DNA from: Lophium mytilinum
Taxonomy: Eukaryota
Length of the DNA: 64,000 nt
Direction of reading: 5' to 3'
Assembly (NCBI GenBank): GCA_010093605.1
Contig: MU004181.1
Coordinates: 434,001 to 498,000 of the forward strand
Shown: positions 38,757 to 51,738 of the stretch, piece by piece
Numbering within the stretch: position 1 is the first letter of the stretch
Layout of the letters: every line of letters starts with the position of its first letter
Notes under the pieces: generated by a model
The model's database searches: none
What the model was told of the DNA's origin: nothing
What the model saw: the letters and a program-made list of their open reading frames with translations, nothing else
Program-made: the position numbers and the translations under genes

Positions 38757-38985
38757 ATGTCCTTCAGCATCGTCGTAGTAGCCCTGGTTCTCTATACCTT
38801 AGCACTCGTGACTACCGTCGAAGCATACCGTCGTTAGAACAAGACAAGTAATCCATGGGGATTCCCGGGCCCGGGTATGGTGCTACACCGGCCGAATTCA
38901 CAACCTGCCACCCGAGTGTTTTTGGCTCAAGCTCAAAAAACGGTCTGACAAGCATGGAGGCATCTACAAGACGCAAGACTCGCAC
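38757..38985 (+). pseudogene. Cytochrome P450 N-terminal fragment
   Basis: Hydrophobic anchor MSFSIVVVALVLYTLALV, a TAG, then FPGP, a frameshift, and GRIHNLPPECFWLKLKKRSDKHGGIYKT. Confidence 0.75.
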
Positions 38986-39020
38986 ATCGACCATAGCACC
39001 TAGAAACAAATTCCTCCGAT

Positions 39021-39521
39021 TGACCAGATCGGTCTCCTCGGTACTGGCAAGCCGGCGGAACTCCGAGCTGGCTTCTTCCTCACTTCACGGCTTCCATCAA
39101 TGCCCTAAAGGAGTATGAGCCAGAACCGATGCTCAACTCAAGGGCACCCAAAGTCTTCGCCATCTGGTGCACTGATGGTGTATTCCCCCATCGACCATAG
39201 CACCTAGATACACATCCACCGTCTGGTGCACCGACATCTGGTGCACCGACGGTGTATGCCCGAACGAAGACGATCCTCGCCCCCCACCAGCTGAGGAGGA
39301 AGACCCTGCTCCCATGAAGTGGCTTCTAAACAACCGCACCGACTTCTCGGACAATGGCTGGGCACAGCTACTACCAAAGGAGAACTTCGAGTTTGCCGTC
39401 TTGGACGGCAACCACTTCACGATGATGAAGGATGCTCACGTAAGTCACACTCTCCAGTCTGCAAGAACGGACTGGAACTGACAACTATTAGGGCGTTACC
39501 CTTGGCAAATTGATCGAGCAG
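39021..39521 (+). pseudogene. Fragment of a melanin-type PKS thioesterase C-terminus, with intron
   Basis: DQIGLLGTGKP..PSWLLPHFTASINALKEY...FAIWCTDGV/CPNEDDPRPPP...PAPMKWLLNNRTDFSDNGWAQLLPKENF...GNHFTMMKDAH-[GTAAGT..TAG]-GVTLGKLIEQ. Confidence 0.9.
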
Positions 39522-39800
39522 CCCTTCGCGCCTGTATCAAGGAGACCATGCGATGAAGGTCGCCTGTGCCAGCCGGTAAGTAACTTTGTACCAGCACGGA
39601 GTGCACACTAACCTTAGATAGGTGTTGCGCACGAGCTAGAGGCTGACGACTACTACCATGGCGGCTTCATCCCGAAGGGAACGATGGCTCCCTTGACTGG
39701 TGAGTCCTACCAACGGACCCTCCATATCCTTCCTAACGTAGAGCTAGGGCTATGATGCGCAACGGGGCCAAGTACCCAAATGCTGAGAACTACCACCCAG
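39522..39800 (+). pseudogene. Cytochrome P450 fragment (K-helix to just before PERF), with two introns
   Basis: LRACIKETMR*RSPVPAG-VAHELEADDYYHGGFIPKGT-..AMMRNGAKYPNAENYHP; carries the ExxR and IPKGT motifs. Confidence 0.85.
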
Positions 39801-41441
39801 GGCGGTTTTTGAGCTGGAGGTTTGGATGAAACTTCGTCGTCATCTCGGATGAGTCCATCGCAGAAGAGCTCTTCGTCAAGCGCTCGGGGCGGACTCGGAC
39901 AGACCTGTCGTGCCATCTCTCATCGACTCGAAGAGCAACCACGGAAGGCTGTCGCATGGCCGGATCGCATAGAAATTTTGAATGGTGTTTTCGAATCTCG
40001 TTCTTGATACCAATGCTTGATTCCCTTCCGCATCGTGATTCTGCCGTTGTGGCGGCCAGAGCCATAGCATACATCCGAGGCCGTGTTGCGTCATCGCCCT
40101 TGTGTCACTGCGAACTGGCCAGAAATGCAATTCCTAATCGTTACGATGCAGCAAAGAAGCTTAATGTTACGTTCGTGTGCATCAGCTTTTTACAGTCTGC
40201 TACGTCTACTTGGAGTGCCCCAGTACGGCTCCAATGTGACACGTGAGGAGTCGTTTCTGCAGGCTCACAATTCAAACACAGCGGATCTCTCGTCGATTGG
40301 AGGAGTGATAGTTACAATCAAAGGGTCTATACCGGCAGCTCCAGCGCTTCGAACGCGTACTCAAACTGTCGGAGGCGGATTGGGGGACCGACACGTGACG
40401 CATCCGACGGCAAAGGCCGCAGCCCTCGGCGTCCTCACATACCCAACTTCACTACCTCTTCCAACATCACACCCTCCTCGAGAATCACACCCTCCTCATG
40501 GCTATCCATACTCTTCTGTCCCGCCGCCTCGCTAGCGAACACGAACAGCCTCAGGCCGTCGCCTCGGACAGCGCCGCCTGCAACGCCAACATGACAGCCT
40601 TTCTCCCGGCCTAGTCTGACCCCGGCCATGCTCAAGCACCACTCATCACAGCGCCAGAGGAGGATCCGCTTGACATCTTGGGGTCTCTAGCCATTGTCTC
40701 GCCTTTCCACGCGCTCCTGCCGTTGCCGCTCGACGTGCTGCCCGGCCAGCGAAACATTGCTCTGATCTGGGAGCACCTCTCCTCCGGCTAGCACCCTGAC
40801 TCTATCACCCGGCAAGGTAGGCTGAGCCTCTTCACTTCCAGCACATGTAGCCTTCACCTTGACTGACGATGTCTTTCACTCAGGTCAGACCCGCTCAGCA
40901 TCTCGATTCGAGCGACAGAAAATGGAGCAGGGCCTTATACTACAGGAACCGCGTGGACCTCACGGACCCATCATCCACATGCATCCTGCCCTTCGTACCC
41001 CGCCGCGTTCCACTTTCTACCAAGAGACTCTATATCCACAACCTGCGATGTGAGGATATATGGAAGAATCGCGAATGTGCTGGAAGCTTGCCCGATGGAA
41101 GGCACCATGGCCGAAAGGCAAGCGCTATTGAGCTGGAGGGCGAAAAAGAAGTAAGGAGATTCTCATGAATAAGTGAGGAAGACAGCCTATAACTGATGAA
41201 CAAATCTCGACATTGTAGGCCGACACATCCTATACGCCTCCGCTTTGCTCCCAACGGCCTCTTTCTCACCCTTAGTTCACGCCGGCGAGAAGACCTTCCT
41301 CAGCTCCGAAGCACGCGCGACGTCCGATTGTCGGCATCTCCAGAGCTAGCTTTCGCTGGAGGCCGCGAACTAGAGTTTCGGTTCCGTGAGGGTTTTCACG
41401 CTCGTCAGCTACGTCTTCCTCGTCCTGATGTTCCCGCCATC

Positions 41442-42114
41442 ATGGGCCAGCTCCCGTCACCGCAGGGAAATCCGCATGCTTCGCAAGCGCCCCAGGGCAT
41501 AACCTTAATACCTACCCAAGTGCCGACCTTCCACCTCTCTTCCTCTGCCGGGACTGCGAATCGTATTTCCGGATTGGTGAGCTTTGCGCCCATGCGAAGC
41601 AGCTGATAGCACAGCTGGAGGCCGCCGCCAAAACGAAATCCGCCATCCAGAAAACCCTCCTTGGCCTACCAATTGCCCAGAACGGCCGGATTTCAGCTCA
41701 TTTTCCTGATGTCTCTGCCCAGGACGCCAAACTGGAGGGCTGTCTGAAGAGAATTGGAGAGTTGGAGAAGAAGGACGAGGCCGCCGAGAAGGGTCATGAG
41801 GGTCACCGAACTGCTAGGGATTTCATCTCGTTTGAAGTGAACAGTTTCTGGATGCTGAGGAGGTGACTCTTTCCCGCACCATTCCGATCGAGCCTGTGGC
41901 GGTTGATTTTGGCGAGGGTAGGAAGGAGGCTGAGGAGCCCCTGAAGGAGGTGAAGAAGAAGGAAAAATCGACTCCTGAGCAGGCTGATTTGCAGCCTTCC
42001 CGCGTCAGCATTCCGTCGCACCTTCGATATCAGGGCGAGAAGAAGACTGTTTTGGACCCTCAGGGCAGTCGCGCGAATGTCTTGGGGGATAGCAGAAGCG
42101 CATCGTGGTGTTGA
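41442..42114 (+). pseudogene. Possible charged/coiled-coil hypothetical gene with a frameshift
   Basis: Short GTGAGC..CTGAT..CAG intron, then LEAAAKTKSAIQK...ELEKKDEAAEK; a Glu/Lys-rich frame continues in another phase. Confidence 0.3.
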
Positions 42115-42437
42115 AGGCGGGAATGAGAACAAGGGTTGAGTACACTAATGCAGATTTTGAAAGGTCGTTGGGCCACCTCAGATGATGTCAGATAGCTATA
42201 GCAAGGCTCGATTTGGCAGAACCTAGATTTGAAGCGTGGAGATCATGACATTGAGCGAGGAGTTTTTTGACAAGACGAGACCCCTCCAACGGTGTTATAG
42301 GCTGGTCAGAACATAGTATTTGCTGCACGTCGAATCTATTCCATTATCTATCGCACCCTCCAAGAATCTTCTACGTCCGAGCCAAGTCACAGCTCCCAGG
42401 ATGACACCTGATATCTCACCCCTCCAATAGCATCTAT

Positions 42438-43328
42438 CTATCTATCCTCCTGCTCCTCCGCCCAAGATCGGCCCTCCTCCACAACCCCCATCCTCTTCTC
42501 ATGCGTCATCTGTTCCACCCGCGGACGCCCTCTCAAGGTGTGCTGAATCTCTCTGACCCTCTTCTGAACAACAGCCTCCATCTCCGCCTCCTCAACCACC
42601 TCCAAGATCCTCTTCACGTCGCAAAACCCACTCTCTTCGTGCTCAACACACCGCAGCAACTCCACCCCACCATACTCAACCCTCAGCAAAGTCTCCCTCT
42701 TTGCAGACCGCGACTTCGCCAACAACACCGCCGCCAGATCCACCACCCTCAGAACCTGCTCTTTGACGCCAAAGTTTTCCAGAGGCGTATGTCCCACCAT
42801 GTACTGCCACTCGTTCTGCCACTCCAGCAGGCCTTGCGCCGCAATGGTCACGCTCTCGAGCCCCTTAAGCGCCGCCAACGCCCCGAGCCCTGGAAGCCCG
42901 TTGATCTCGTCGAAGTCCCTCAGGACCAGGTGGCGTAGGTGTTGGAAAGCGAAGCCGATATGCACCGGCGAGATCTGCCGCGCGGTGAAGAGGTTGAGAT
43001 CGAGCGTGTCGAAGGCGAAGATGTTTTGGTGGTAGAGCTCCGCGCGGTGGTCGCGCAGTTCTGGTGGGTCGATGGCGGCGCGGAGCTTGTCGCGGAGGAC
43101 GATCATCAGCGGCAAATCGTCGACGGTGCCGGGCAGGTTTGCGGTGCCGGCGGGGGAGTTCGGTGGGGGAGGGAGGAGGTTGGTGAGGACGAGTTGGCCG
43201 TTGGCGATGGAGTGGACATGGAGCGGGTGCGCGAAGGTTACGGCGAAGGCGGTGACGTGGATGCGGATGTCCGCGGGGAGGTTGAAGAGGGGGAATTTGG
43301 TTGGTGGGATGGTGCTGATTTGAGACAT
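42438..43328 (-). CDS. F-box-like (DUF7730/2EXR-style) hypothetical protein, 296 aa
   Basis: FPLFNLPADIRIHV...ELYHQNIFAF...LRHLVL; intact single exon with strong codon bias. Confidence 0.8.
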   Translation of the reverse strand: MSQISTIPPTKFPLFNLPADIRIHVTAFAVTFAHPLHVHSIANGQLVLTNLLPPPPNSPAGTANLPGTVDDLPLMIVLRDKLRAAIDPPELRDHRAELYHQNIFAFDTLDLNLFTARQISPVHIGFAFQHLRHLVLRDFDEINGLPGLGALAALKGLESVTIAAQGLLEWQNEWQYMVGHTPLENFGVKEQVLRVVDLAAVLLAKSRSAKRETLLRVEYGGVELLRCVEHEESGFCDVKRILEVVEEAEMEAVVQKRVREIQHTLRGRPRVEQMTHEKRMGVVEEGRSWAEEQEDR

Positions 43329-43648
43329 GGTGGTTTGGTGATCGTGAACTGGGTTTGCTGTGGTGTTGTGGAGGAGATTGAGGTCCTGAAGAGTGTAGCA
43401 GTCTTAGCGCAGAGAGGTTCCGGATCTGCGTGTCCAAGAAATGACTCAACAGAATTTGGAGCGTAAGGAAAAAGTCCGCTTTGTGCTTAGGGGTGGCCGC
43501 TGGGGACGTTCCAGTCACTGACCGGGCAACCCGCCCCCGCGCGCTCTACAAGCTGCCGTACCCATATCTTGTTCCATATTCCGCACCATCACACCCATCA
43601 TCTGCAAACTGTATATTCTGCTTTCCATCACCTTCATTTCTTGCAACG

Positions 43649-45010
43649 ATGGCCGACGGCTCTTGGCTGCAAGACCGCGCGGCAAACCCACCTGGTCCGG
43701 ATAATGCTAGGCCTGTCGCAAGCTCACGCCCGCGGGTTCGTCCTTCTTCCTCTGTCTTAGAAGCGCTTCAAGCGGCTGCGACGTCATGCTATAACTCGAC
43801 GGATGGTGGCGTGACTCTAGTCGCGGCGGCGCGCATGTCAGCTCCTACGGACGTTGCCCTCCCGGCGTCGCAGTCTTCGGTAACAAACCTACAATTTAAA
43901 CCACATACAGGATACTCACTCTACTAGCTTACTACCCTCCCGGCAAAGACGTTCCCTTGGACCAAACTTCCCGCCGAGCTCAAGCTCAAAGTTTCCCGCG
44001 AAATCTTGACTTTCCCGAACATGATCCTCAAGATCATAAAGACAGACAAGTACGGCCACGCGATTTGCGTTGGCACGGAGTACTCGACTAGGGACTGGGT
44101 CCATTACGGTCCGTGGGAAGGGCCGACAGTGGTGGACCAAAAGCTTATCGCGGTCATGCAACAGCCCTTTATTCTGGCCCTCCTAGGCTCCTCCGAAAAG
44201 CGTATGACAGCTAGCCTTGATGCCACGATGAAGAGACTTCAGGATGCCGACGTTGAGCTCGGACTCGAGGCTTTCTATAAGGGTAGTCGCTTCGAAGCTC
44301 CTCTCCAGCGGTACCATGCGACGATTGGAACTCTCAACCCCAAGAGCTTCGTGCAACTTCGAGAGTTTCACCTCCTTCAAAACTACAACAAGGAAAAACT
44401 GACAACTCTTTGCAAAAGGTTGAGTAAGATTAGAACCTTGCGAGTTCTCAAGCTTGGATATCCCGCCGTCACACAGCGGTTGATAGACTTGCATAAGGCC
44501 GACCTTGATCGGCCTTCTCCTGACGTCCGTCTTGCAAGTCGCCATACCGGGTCGCAAGTACCTGCTCTCATAACGGAGCTTGTTCATGCTGCTGCACACC
44601 TCATTGCTACACCGGGCAACCGCAATTGGAAGAACATCTTGGAGCTGCACCCGAACATCGGTTGCGAGAAGTGGATCTCGCCCGGGGAGGGATTTATGGA
44701 GGCGCATCCATGGCTTCAGTGGGACAAGGAGGCAAGAATGATGAATGGAGACGATGTACGCGGCTTCCGAGAGCTGTTGAAGACAACTGTCCACGAAGCA
44801 GGACTTACTTTCGCGGGAAGAAATTTGAACAAGATGGGGGAGATGGAGATCATGAGAGTACTTCGCGCGGGCAAGAGGATCTGGGACGAGGATCAGGAAG
44901 CAGAAGGTAGGCGTCCGCAGCTGAAGCATCGGCTTCTACCACGGACGATACCTGTGAAATCTCTCAAAAGCAGCCAGGCTCTCCAAAGCAGCCAGGACAA
45001 GCGGGCTTAG
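43649..45010 (+). CDS. F-box-like (DUF7730/2EXR-style) protein, 2 exons (43649-43879, 43928-45010)
   Basis: A phase-0 GT..TAG intron joins in frame to FPWTKLPAELKLKVSREIL...EAFYKGSRF...LREFHL. Confidence 0.75.
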
Positions 45011-45545
45011 GAGTGCGGTATGCGAAGCTCTTCCACACTCCACGGGTATGCACACACCGAGATGGATTGTGTCGACTAGGTATGGCGCACAAACCCATAT
45101 ACGTGGGACTCAAGGGGTATGCTCAGGCAGGTACTACAGGTTGAATCTCCTGGCCCACGGATATTGAGTAAGAGCGATGGCAAACCAAGCGGACAAATGG
45201 ATACCTACTCTATAATCACATCCGTTGTTATGAACGTCTCAAGGTAGACGGCGTTCGTGACACCTTGGCTTTTCATGATACTGCTAGCCTGTCTTCATCA
45301 AGCGTAGTGCAGTGGAATTTACTCAATTGAACCCGAACCGATATTATTTGATGGTAATCTGAGTAACAAATGCTAGAATGTGAGGCAATACATGCTAAGA
45401 CACTGTGGCGTTGCAACATTGACGTAGATATGGCCTGGAATGATCACGTGGACTGTCACGTGAAGCCTTGATTACCGAACTCCGCAGGTCTTGCAGGTCG
45501 GCCACGGTACTGAGCCCCCCACTAACCTCGCCAAAACTGTCCACC

Positions 45546-46805
45546 ATGGATACCTCACGGTACTACTACGGGCTTCCGTATAACAGCAAAGCCCCCCCTC
45601 CCGTCGATATCACATCAATTGCCACTGCGCAGTCTCTACGAACTTGCGCGAAATGTAGAACCGCGAACCCCAAGAGCTTCTTCGTGAGCGCGTCCTGCGG
45701 ACATGACACCGTCTGTCTCATGTGCTTTCGCGTTTGGCTCAGCGAGTCTCTAAAGATAGACTGTTTCGTGTGCAAGCACGACTTCTCAGCTGGGGAGGTT
45801 ATAGGGGCTCTTTGCACGCGGGAGATGCCCGAATCTGGGGTACGAGATGCCATTGCGCAATGGAAAGAAACTAATCTGACGGTCATGGGACTATAGGATC
45901 AATACACTGCATACACGAGTTACGCGACCCTCCCAGCAAGCATCATAGCCGATTTATCGGCCACGTTTACGCTGGACTCTCCCTTAGAGGTGATCAAATT
46001 CGACGACTTCCAGGATGGATACGCCGTGGTGGGTGGAACATGGCCGTACGGCCGTGGAATGGAACCGTTCACTCTAGATATCGGTGAAGTCTTCAAGATG
46101 TGCAAAGACAAGGGCACGGCGATGCCTCCTACTGTTCGCATGCAGCAAGAAAGCATGCTATGGCAGATATTCTTTGGCAACAATGCGCTAGCCTTCACCT
46201 CCCTGGAAACAGCGCGACGACTAAGCCACGGACCAACTCCTCATTGGTACAAGCTAGTAAAAGAAGTCCATATTGCGACCATCGTCGCAAAGGATCACGA
46301 CGAGGCTTGCAAACTGATCATTAACAAGCTTTCAAGGGATCCACCTCCTGATCTCCGACGTGTCCTTGTATCCGCTGAGTGCATGGACGAATGGTTACGG
46401 ATGAACCATAGATGCAATACCCCTTTCCTGCAAAGTCTGCCTGATCTGATAGAAAGGCTCGTACTTCGACTCGCGAAGTTGATTGTCGCAATCGATAAAA
46501 AGGGCTCCTGGACGCGAATTGAGTGGGACCCCACCGGTCCGCGAGACATCTGGATCTGTGATTGCGATCCCAATCAACCCAGTCCCGGCACGCATCGACG
46601 GGAGACATGCTCATAGTTTGAGCGAGAAGGTGCCGAGGTGCAGTTCGACAACCGGTACCAAGAAGTACTTCGTATTCTAAGAGGTCGAACGCTCAGAAAC
46701 GACAAGGAGACGGTAGAGTTGATTGTTGCGGGAAAGGCAAAACATCTAAACATGGGACGCCCAAAACGCGAGCGCATCGGAGAGGTGGAGCAACTGCATG
46801 AATGA
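45546..46805 (+). CDS. RING-HC plus F-box-like domain protein R1 (exons 45546-45839, 45897-); in-frame TAG at 46614, homologous frame continues to 46805
   Basis: CAKC..SCGHDTVCLMC..W..CFVC; YATLPASIIADL..WQIFFGNNALAF..ECMDEWL..LPDLIERLVLRLAKLI. Two CACGTG boxes lie upstream (~45445-45462). Confidence 0.8.
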
Positions 46806-48024
46806 GTAGCCAGAGGCACTGAGGGGGCAGCAATGGTGAGCTAGTCACGAAATCCGATGATAGTGTACGCTAATCCTACTATAGGTTTCAGTGCAGAGTG
46901 TCGCGAGCATCAGTAAGTTGGAATGCATCAGGAAGTAGTAGTGCTCAAGTTGTGCAGTATTAGGTCAAGGTCTTGGGGAAATACCGATGGATTACTATTC
47001 AGGTTCGACCTTTGCTCGCTCGACGTCGCTGTGAGGAGTATCCTGGCTAGCAGAAACCGATGTAGACAAAACGTAGTCTATTTCCTACGACATGAAGGTT
47101 CACCTCACGTGCTACACGTTTGCATGCCTACTGCCAAATCTCATGCAGTAGAAAATAGACTACCAGAATACTATGACCAACCAATTACTAACTATGGGAG
47201 CATCCCTAACAGTAATACCTAGCTTCGAAAGTAGTACGTGAGCCGTGCAAGTATCTATATAGGGGACTCGTAGCTACACTATCTTTCGGGAAGGCTCACA
47301 CCTCTGCGCGCTCTGAATTACATCCGTAAATGCTTTTCCTCGATATGTATGTAAACAACTCTCTCACGCTCCTGATAGTGTCCAATCTTTTCTCCCCGGT
47401 CAGTGGTCACATTCACATACTCTTCCACCTTCGTGAAAACGCAACAAACGGGAGATATACCAAAGTATCAGATGGATAGCAATCGAAGTCACCGAGGTTT
47501 CTACTCAGTCTAATCGAGATATGAAGTGACGGTCCTTGCACAGAGATGAGGTTGGGGCGCAAAGATTGCGCTACGGCAACCTCCAGCGTCCGTCTTGCAA
47601 CCATCTTCGCACGTCGCTCCCACCAACTACGCGCACACCTTCATTAACCTCGTATGTATCCTATGCATCCTGAAAGACATACCTTGGGATTTCCTGACAC
47701 TTAGATAGCGATATGAGTCGTTTCACTCCACCGGGACCTCTATTTTCGAGGGCGGCTCGAGACCGATGACGGCGAGCAGCGAGCCGAAACCCCACCAGAG
47801 CATATCCAAGATTTCGACCGCATATCGTCCGCTAGTCTCCAGTCCTGCTGGGCTTTGGCCAACTTCGCCCACGGCTTATTCTGCGCAGTACTCACCGAGC
47901 TTGCGCACTACACCCGGACGCATCTGGTCGCTGGCTCACGGCCTTCCATTGCGGTACACTATGACCACATGAGCACATCATCAATTTCTATTAATTAAAG
48001 TACTTCTATTAACATAGTTGCAGC

Positions 48025-49651
48025 ATGATAGGTCGTATCGAAGAAAGCCCGCCCATCGGCGACCAGTTCGGTCTACTTCCAACGAGCTGGAACCCTCTAC
48101 CTCTTCCTAATGAGACAACTCCAGCCGGACTCTCCACAGAAGACTTCCTTTTCCCTATCGATGCACTAGACTGGCCAATTTTCCTATCGATGCACTGGAC
48201 TTGCCACTTTTCCCTATCAATGCATTGGACTGGCCAACAACGCCGGCTACCTTCATTAACAAGCGTTTCTTAACCGAAGCCGGGAGGTCATTGCATTCAG
48301 TGCGTCCTAGTTTCATCAGCCGTGGATTGGAACAGGGAGGCCTTGTGGTGGAGGACGACCCAAAGGATACCGCGGCAAGCACTTCAACCCCACCGCTTCC
48401 TCTAGGGAATTGCAGCATTTGCATGCAGGATATGAAAGGAAAGGATATCACGACGACATTTTGTGGTCATACGTTCTGCCATGGCTGCCTCAAGGAGTGG
48501 CTCCAGCACTCGCCTCACATGAATTGTTCCGCCTGTAGGCGGCAATTTACGATGGCAGATGTTGTGGGAGTGACTGTATCCGGCAATTTGCTGACAACGA
48601 GGGTAAGCTAGCCCGAAAACATATACCAATTCATATGGTAGTGTTGACTTATCGTGAACAGGACGAATATCAGTGGTACCCGTCGTTCTCTGAGCTGCCA
48701 GATAATGTCAAAGCGGACATGCTGGCTACATTAAAGCTGCCCTCATCGCTCCAGGTCTCTCGTGTGCGAGACAATAGCCACATAATGTGGGGTTACTGTC
48801 TTGCGCCGGCCAGGAATCAAATTTCATATAGCCACTCTGTCTACGTCGATCTTGACACACTATTCGAAAACTGCGTAAATCATAAGGCGAGCCGGACTAG
48901 AGACTTTGAGGAGGCATTCTTGTGGGAAGCCTTCTTGAGAGCCAACGCCGTGGCTATCCATAACACAGCATCTTTTGGATCGTTATACCATCTCAGTGCC
49001 GACGCATGGGGCTGGATAGAGGTCATTGAGGTAGACAGCCTCTACTCATCGGACTCACAAGATGCCTTTCGCTTGCTGTGCAACTATATCGTCAAGACAC
49101 GGCCAAGCTCTCGGGAAACGAAGAAAGCCAAGTCTCTTCGAGAGATACGACTCACAGCGGGTTTCCTGGACCAAGAACTCCAGGACATATTCTTCAACAA
49201 GCGCGGAGACTTTCTTTCTGCTGTTCGAGAGCTTGCGAAGACCATCTCAGTGTCAGCCGCGAAACTCATCTTCGCTATTCGCGATGGTCAGACAAACGTC
49301 AGACTCATGCTCGATCCGCTCGCGTTCAGCAAGAAGTGGCTCTGCTATAGTGGCAACCCTTGTCAGGGGCATTCAAACATCACGTATTAGCATCTACCGC
49401 GAATTGATCGCGCGGACTGCACGCAAGAAGAGCAGGAAGCCGCAGCAGCGGTGTTCCATAGCGAAATTGAGAGAATGGCAGCAATCCTAAAGGGTCGCAA
49501 AGGCATATACCGGGCCTCTAAATCAGAGACCAATCGGATTATTGAAGAAGGGCAACCTTTGTAGAATGGCAAGAAGCGCAAGCGCAAGCTGGAGGATGAC
49601 GAGGACCCCAGAAGCTGTGCCGGGAACCGGCAAAAGGCACGTCGACGATAG
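48025..49651 (+). pseudogene. RING-HC plus F-box-like family member R2; frameshift and two in-frame TAGs
   Basis: CSIC..CGHTFCHGC..W..CSAC; intron 48603-48661; FSELPDNVKADM..WEAFLRANAV..AAKLIFAI; TAG at 49388 and 49562; 1-bp deletion near 48183. Confidence 0.75.
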
Positions 49652-50362
49652 TCTGGCAAAGCAGAAGCTGTGCTTTCAGCTACGTGCGGTGCGGTAGGGT
49701 GAGTAGGCTGTCAAGCGGCCTGTGGTAGGCTTGGATGCTGGGAGGGGGTTTTCACTGCCTGGATATGGCTATGCCGGAGACGCTAATGGTTCCGTATCCC
49801 TGCGCGCACGGCATGTTCGCTGGAAATCTGATGTTGCCGGCGGATTGATACTGGCTTATGGCGATCGCTCCCTTTCTGGCTGCTGCAACTTACCTCACGT
49901 TCTGAGGCTATGGATAAGCGGCTTGGTTCTGATAGATTGTTCGTGAAATGAAGATGCTAGACTAGGCTCGGCGATGCTTTATTTTGCTTCAAACACATAA
50001 CACTCGTTGGCTCTCATTGCGAGATTAAAGTAGTAACCAAAACATGACAATGCGGAATCGCCCTTATGAATTTACTGTGAGGATATATACCACTGCTCTG
50101 TTTTCGCTATTGCTCGTTCGATACCACCGTGAGGGGTCTCCTGGGTAGTGTTCCTATGTTCAGTCAAAAGGTTGTGTTATTTCCCTTGTGATGACCTTAC
50201 ATTATCTATGAAGTTTCCAACACCGCCTGAGCTGCCACAAGCCGCTGCGGTATGATGAGCGGCTCACGTCAACCTGTAAATCTTCCCCACTCGAAAAACT
50301 TTCCGCCGACACAGCCTACGACGAGCCCCCCGTCTTCCCCCTTCCGCTACCCTGCACCCACG

Positions 50363-51261
50363 ATGCCCAACCTGGAGGACTTCTCTTTCTTTCCATTTGT
50401 GCCTTGAACAGCGCCCCTGACGGCTAGCCCTGCGCTAGGATCAGTCCGACACTCCATCAATCATGCGCATTCCCCTCCGCCCATCGAATGTTTTCCGCGC
50501 AGCCTCGCCAGCCAAGCAGCGCGTACGGCAAGCTTGGACGACAAATCCGAAGACTCGGTTTGAAACGAGTCAGCATTTGCGCCACGAGAGAGCGCGCTGC
50601 ACTCATACACATCTTTTACCAATGCGGGCCCCGTAAGTGCCACGTATGCATCCGATCTTATAATACTGCACGACCCGCTCGGCGTTGGGCATCTGATGCG
50701 ACTGGATCTCACACGCCCCCTAGCTCCGAGAGACGTATGATATTGCACGCCAGATCCCATGGCGGAGCGTGTAGGCTGCCCGACGTTGATGCCAACGGTT
50801 GAGTTCGTAGATGGCCAACCCACGATCACGGTGCCCGATCTTCGAATAGGTGCTGTATGTAGCAAGTGGAAGCACTCCGAACAAGAGTTTATGGTGACAT
50901 CCTGTGGCCATTGTTGGGCTTGCTGTTTGTGGAGTCCTAGGGATGGAATGCGTGTTGAGATTGGCCGCGGGAGCAGCGACACCATCTGCTCCACCAATGC
51001 GTAGGGGATCGAGTTCGGTGATGAGAGGAGGATGCAACGAGGGTTTGTAGGGTAGGCCGAGGCAGGGCTTGGGTGAGCTGACGCAGCTTGGATCGAATAG
51101 CGCTCTCCGTCCCGTGAATAGTAGATAGCGCATCCGTATTTTGGTTACGACTCGATTGAAGCGAAGCCTGGCTCGGACCCCACGTCTCCTGAAGAGGAAG
51201 CGCAGTGGGAGGCTCGGTGCAATTGGCAGAGTAGGAACTGAGGGAGGTTTGAAGGAATAGT
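50363..51261 (+). pseudogene. Degenerate RING remnant R3
   Basis: CSKW..MVTSCGHCWACCL..IC and a downstream LKRKRS like its neighbours; multiple stops. Confidence 0.4.
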
Positions 51262-51738
51262 AGTTGTTGCTGGTGTGCTCACGTGCTTTCCCTTTTGCTG
51301 CAGTAAGTTTCCTATGATAAATCATTCCTCCACATGCAACAGTCGAGCTGTCAAGGCGAGAAGAAAGCCCCTGTTCATCACACTGAACTAGCATAGCCAG
51401 ATTTGAGGTGAAATATACGAGATTTCTCCATGTCGAGCTAATTAGCCTCAAGGATACTCGTATCGCAATATTGAGCTGCAAAGTCAAACCATATAAGTGT
51501 CAAATCTAGGTGCACAGCCAAATGGCAGAGAAGTGCTCCTGATATCCCCTTTCCCCGTCCGCGGGTCTAGTGTTGCCAAGGCCGAATGGCCCATGCGCTC
51601 GCTAGTGCTTGAGTGCGGTGCTCAACCCCCCATGAAATTCCGTCATCCAACTTCGAATTCGTCTTCCCCGAATTAAGACAGCAAGCCTGCGTCTTGAATA
51701 CTTTTCTTCACTGTCTCCTCAACTCAAAGAGCGTAAAG

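Noticed and set aside
15000..39800. Intact GLT1, PKS, P450 or Dib1 genes, or a functional secondary-metabolite cluster
   Set aside because: Only short, out-of-order pieces with stops and frameshifts are present.
37410..39960. CRISPR array
   Set aside because: Eukaryotic context, irregular spacing, degenerate repeats and no cas genes.
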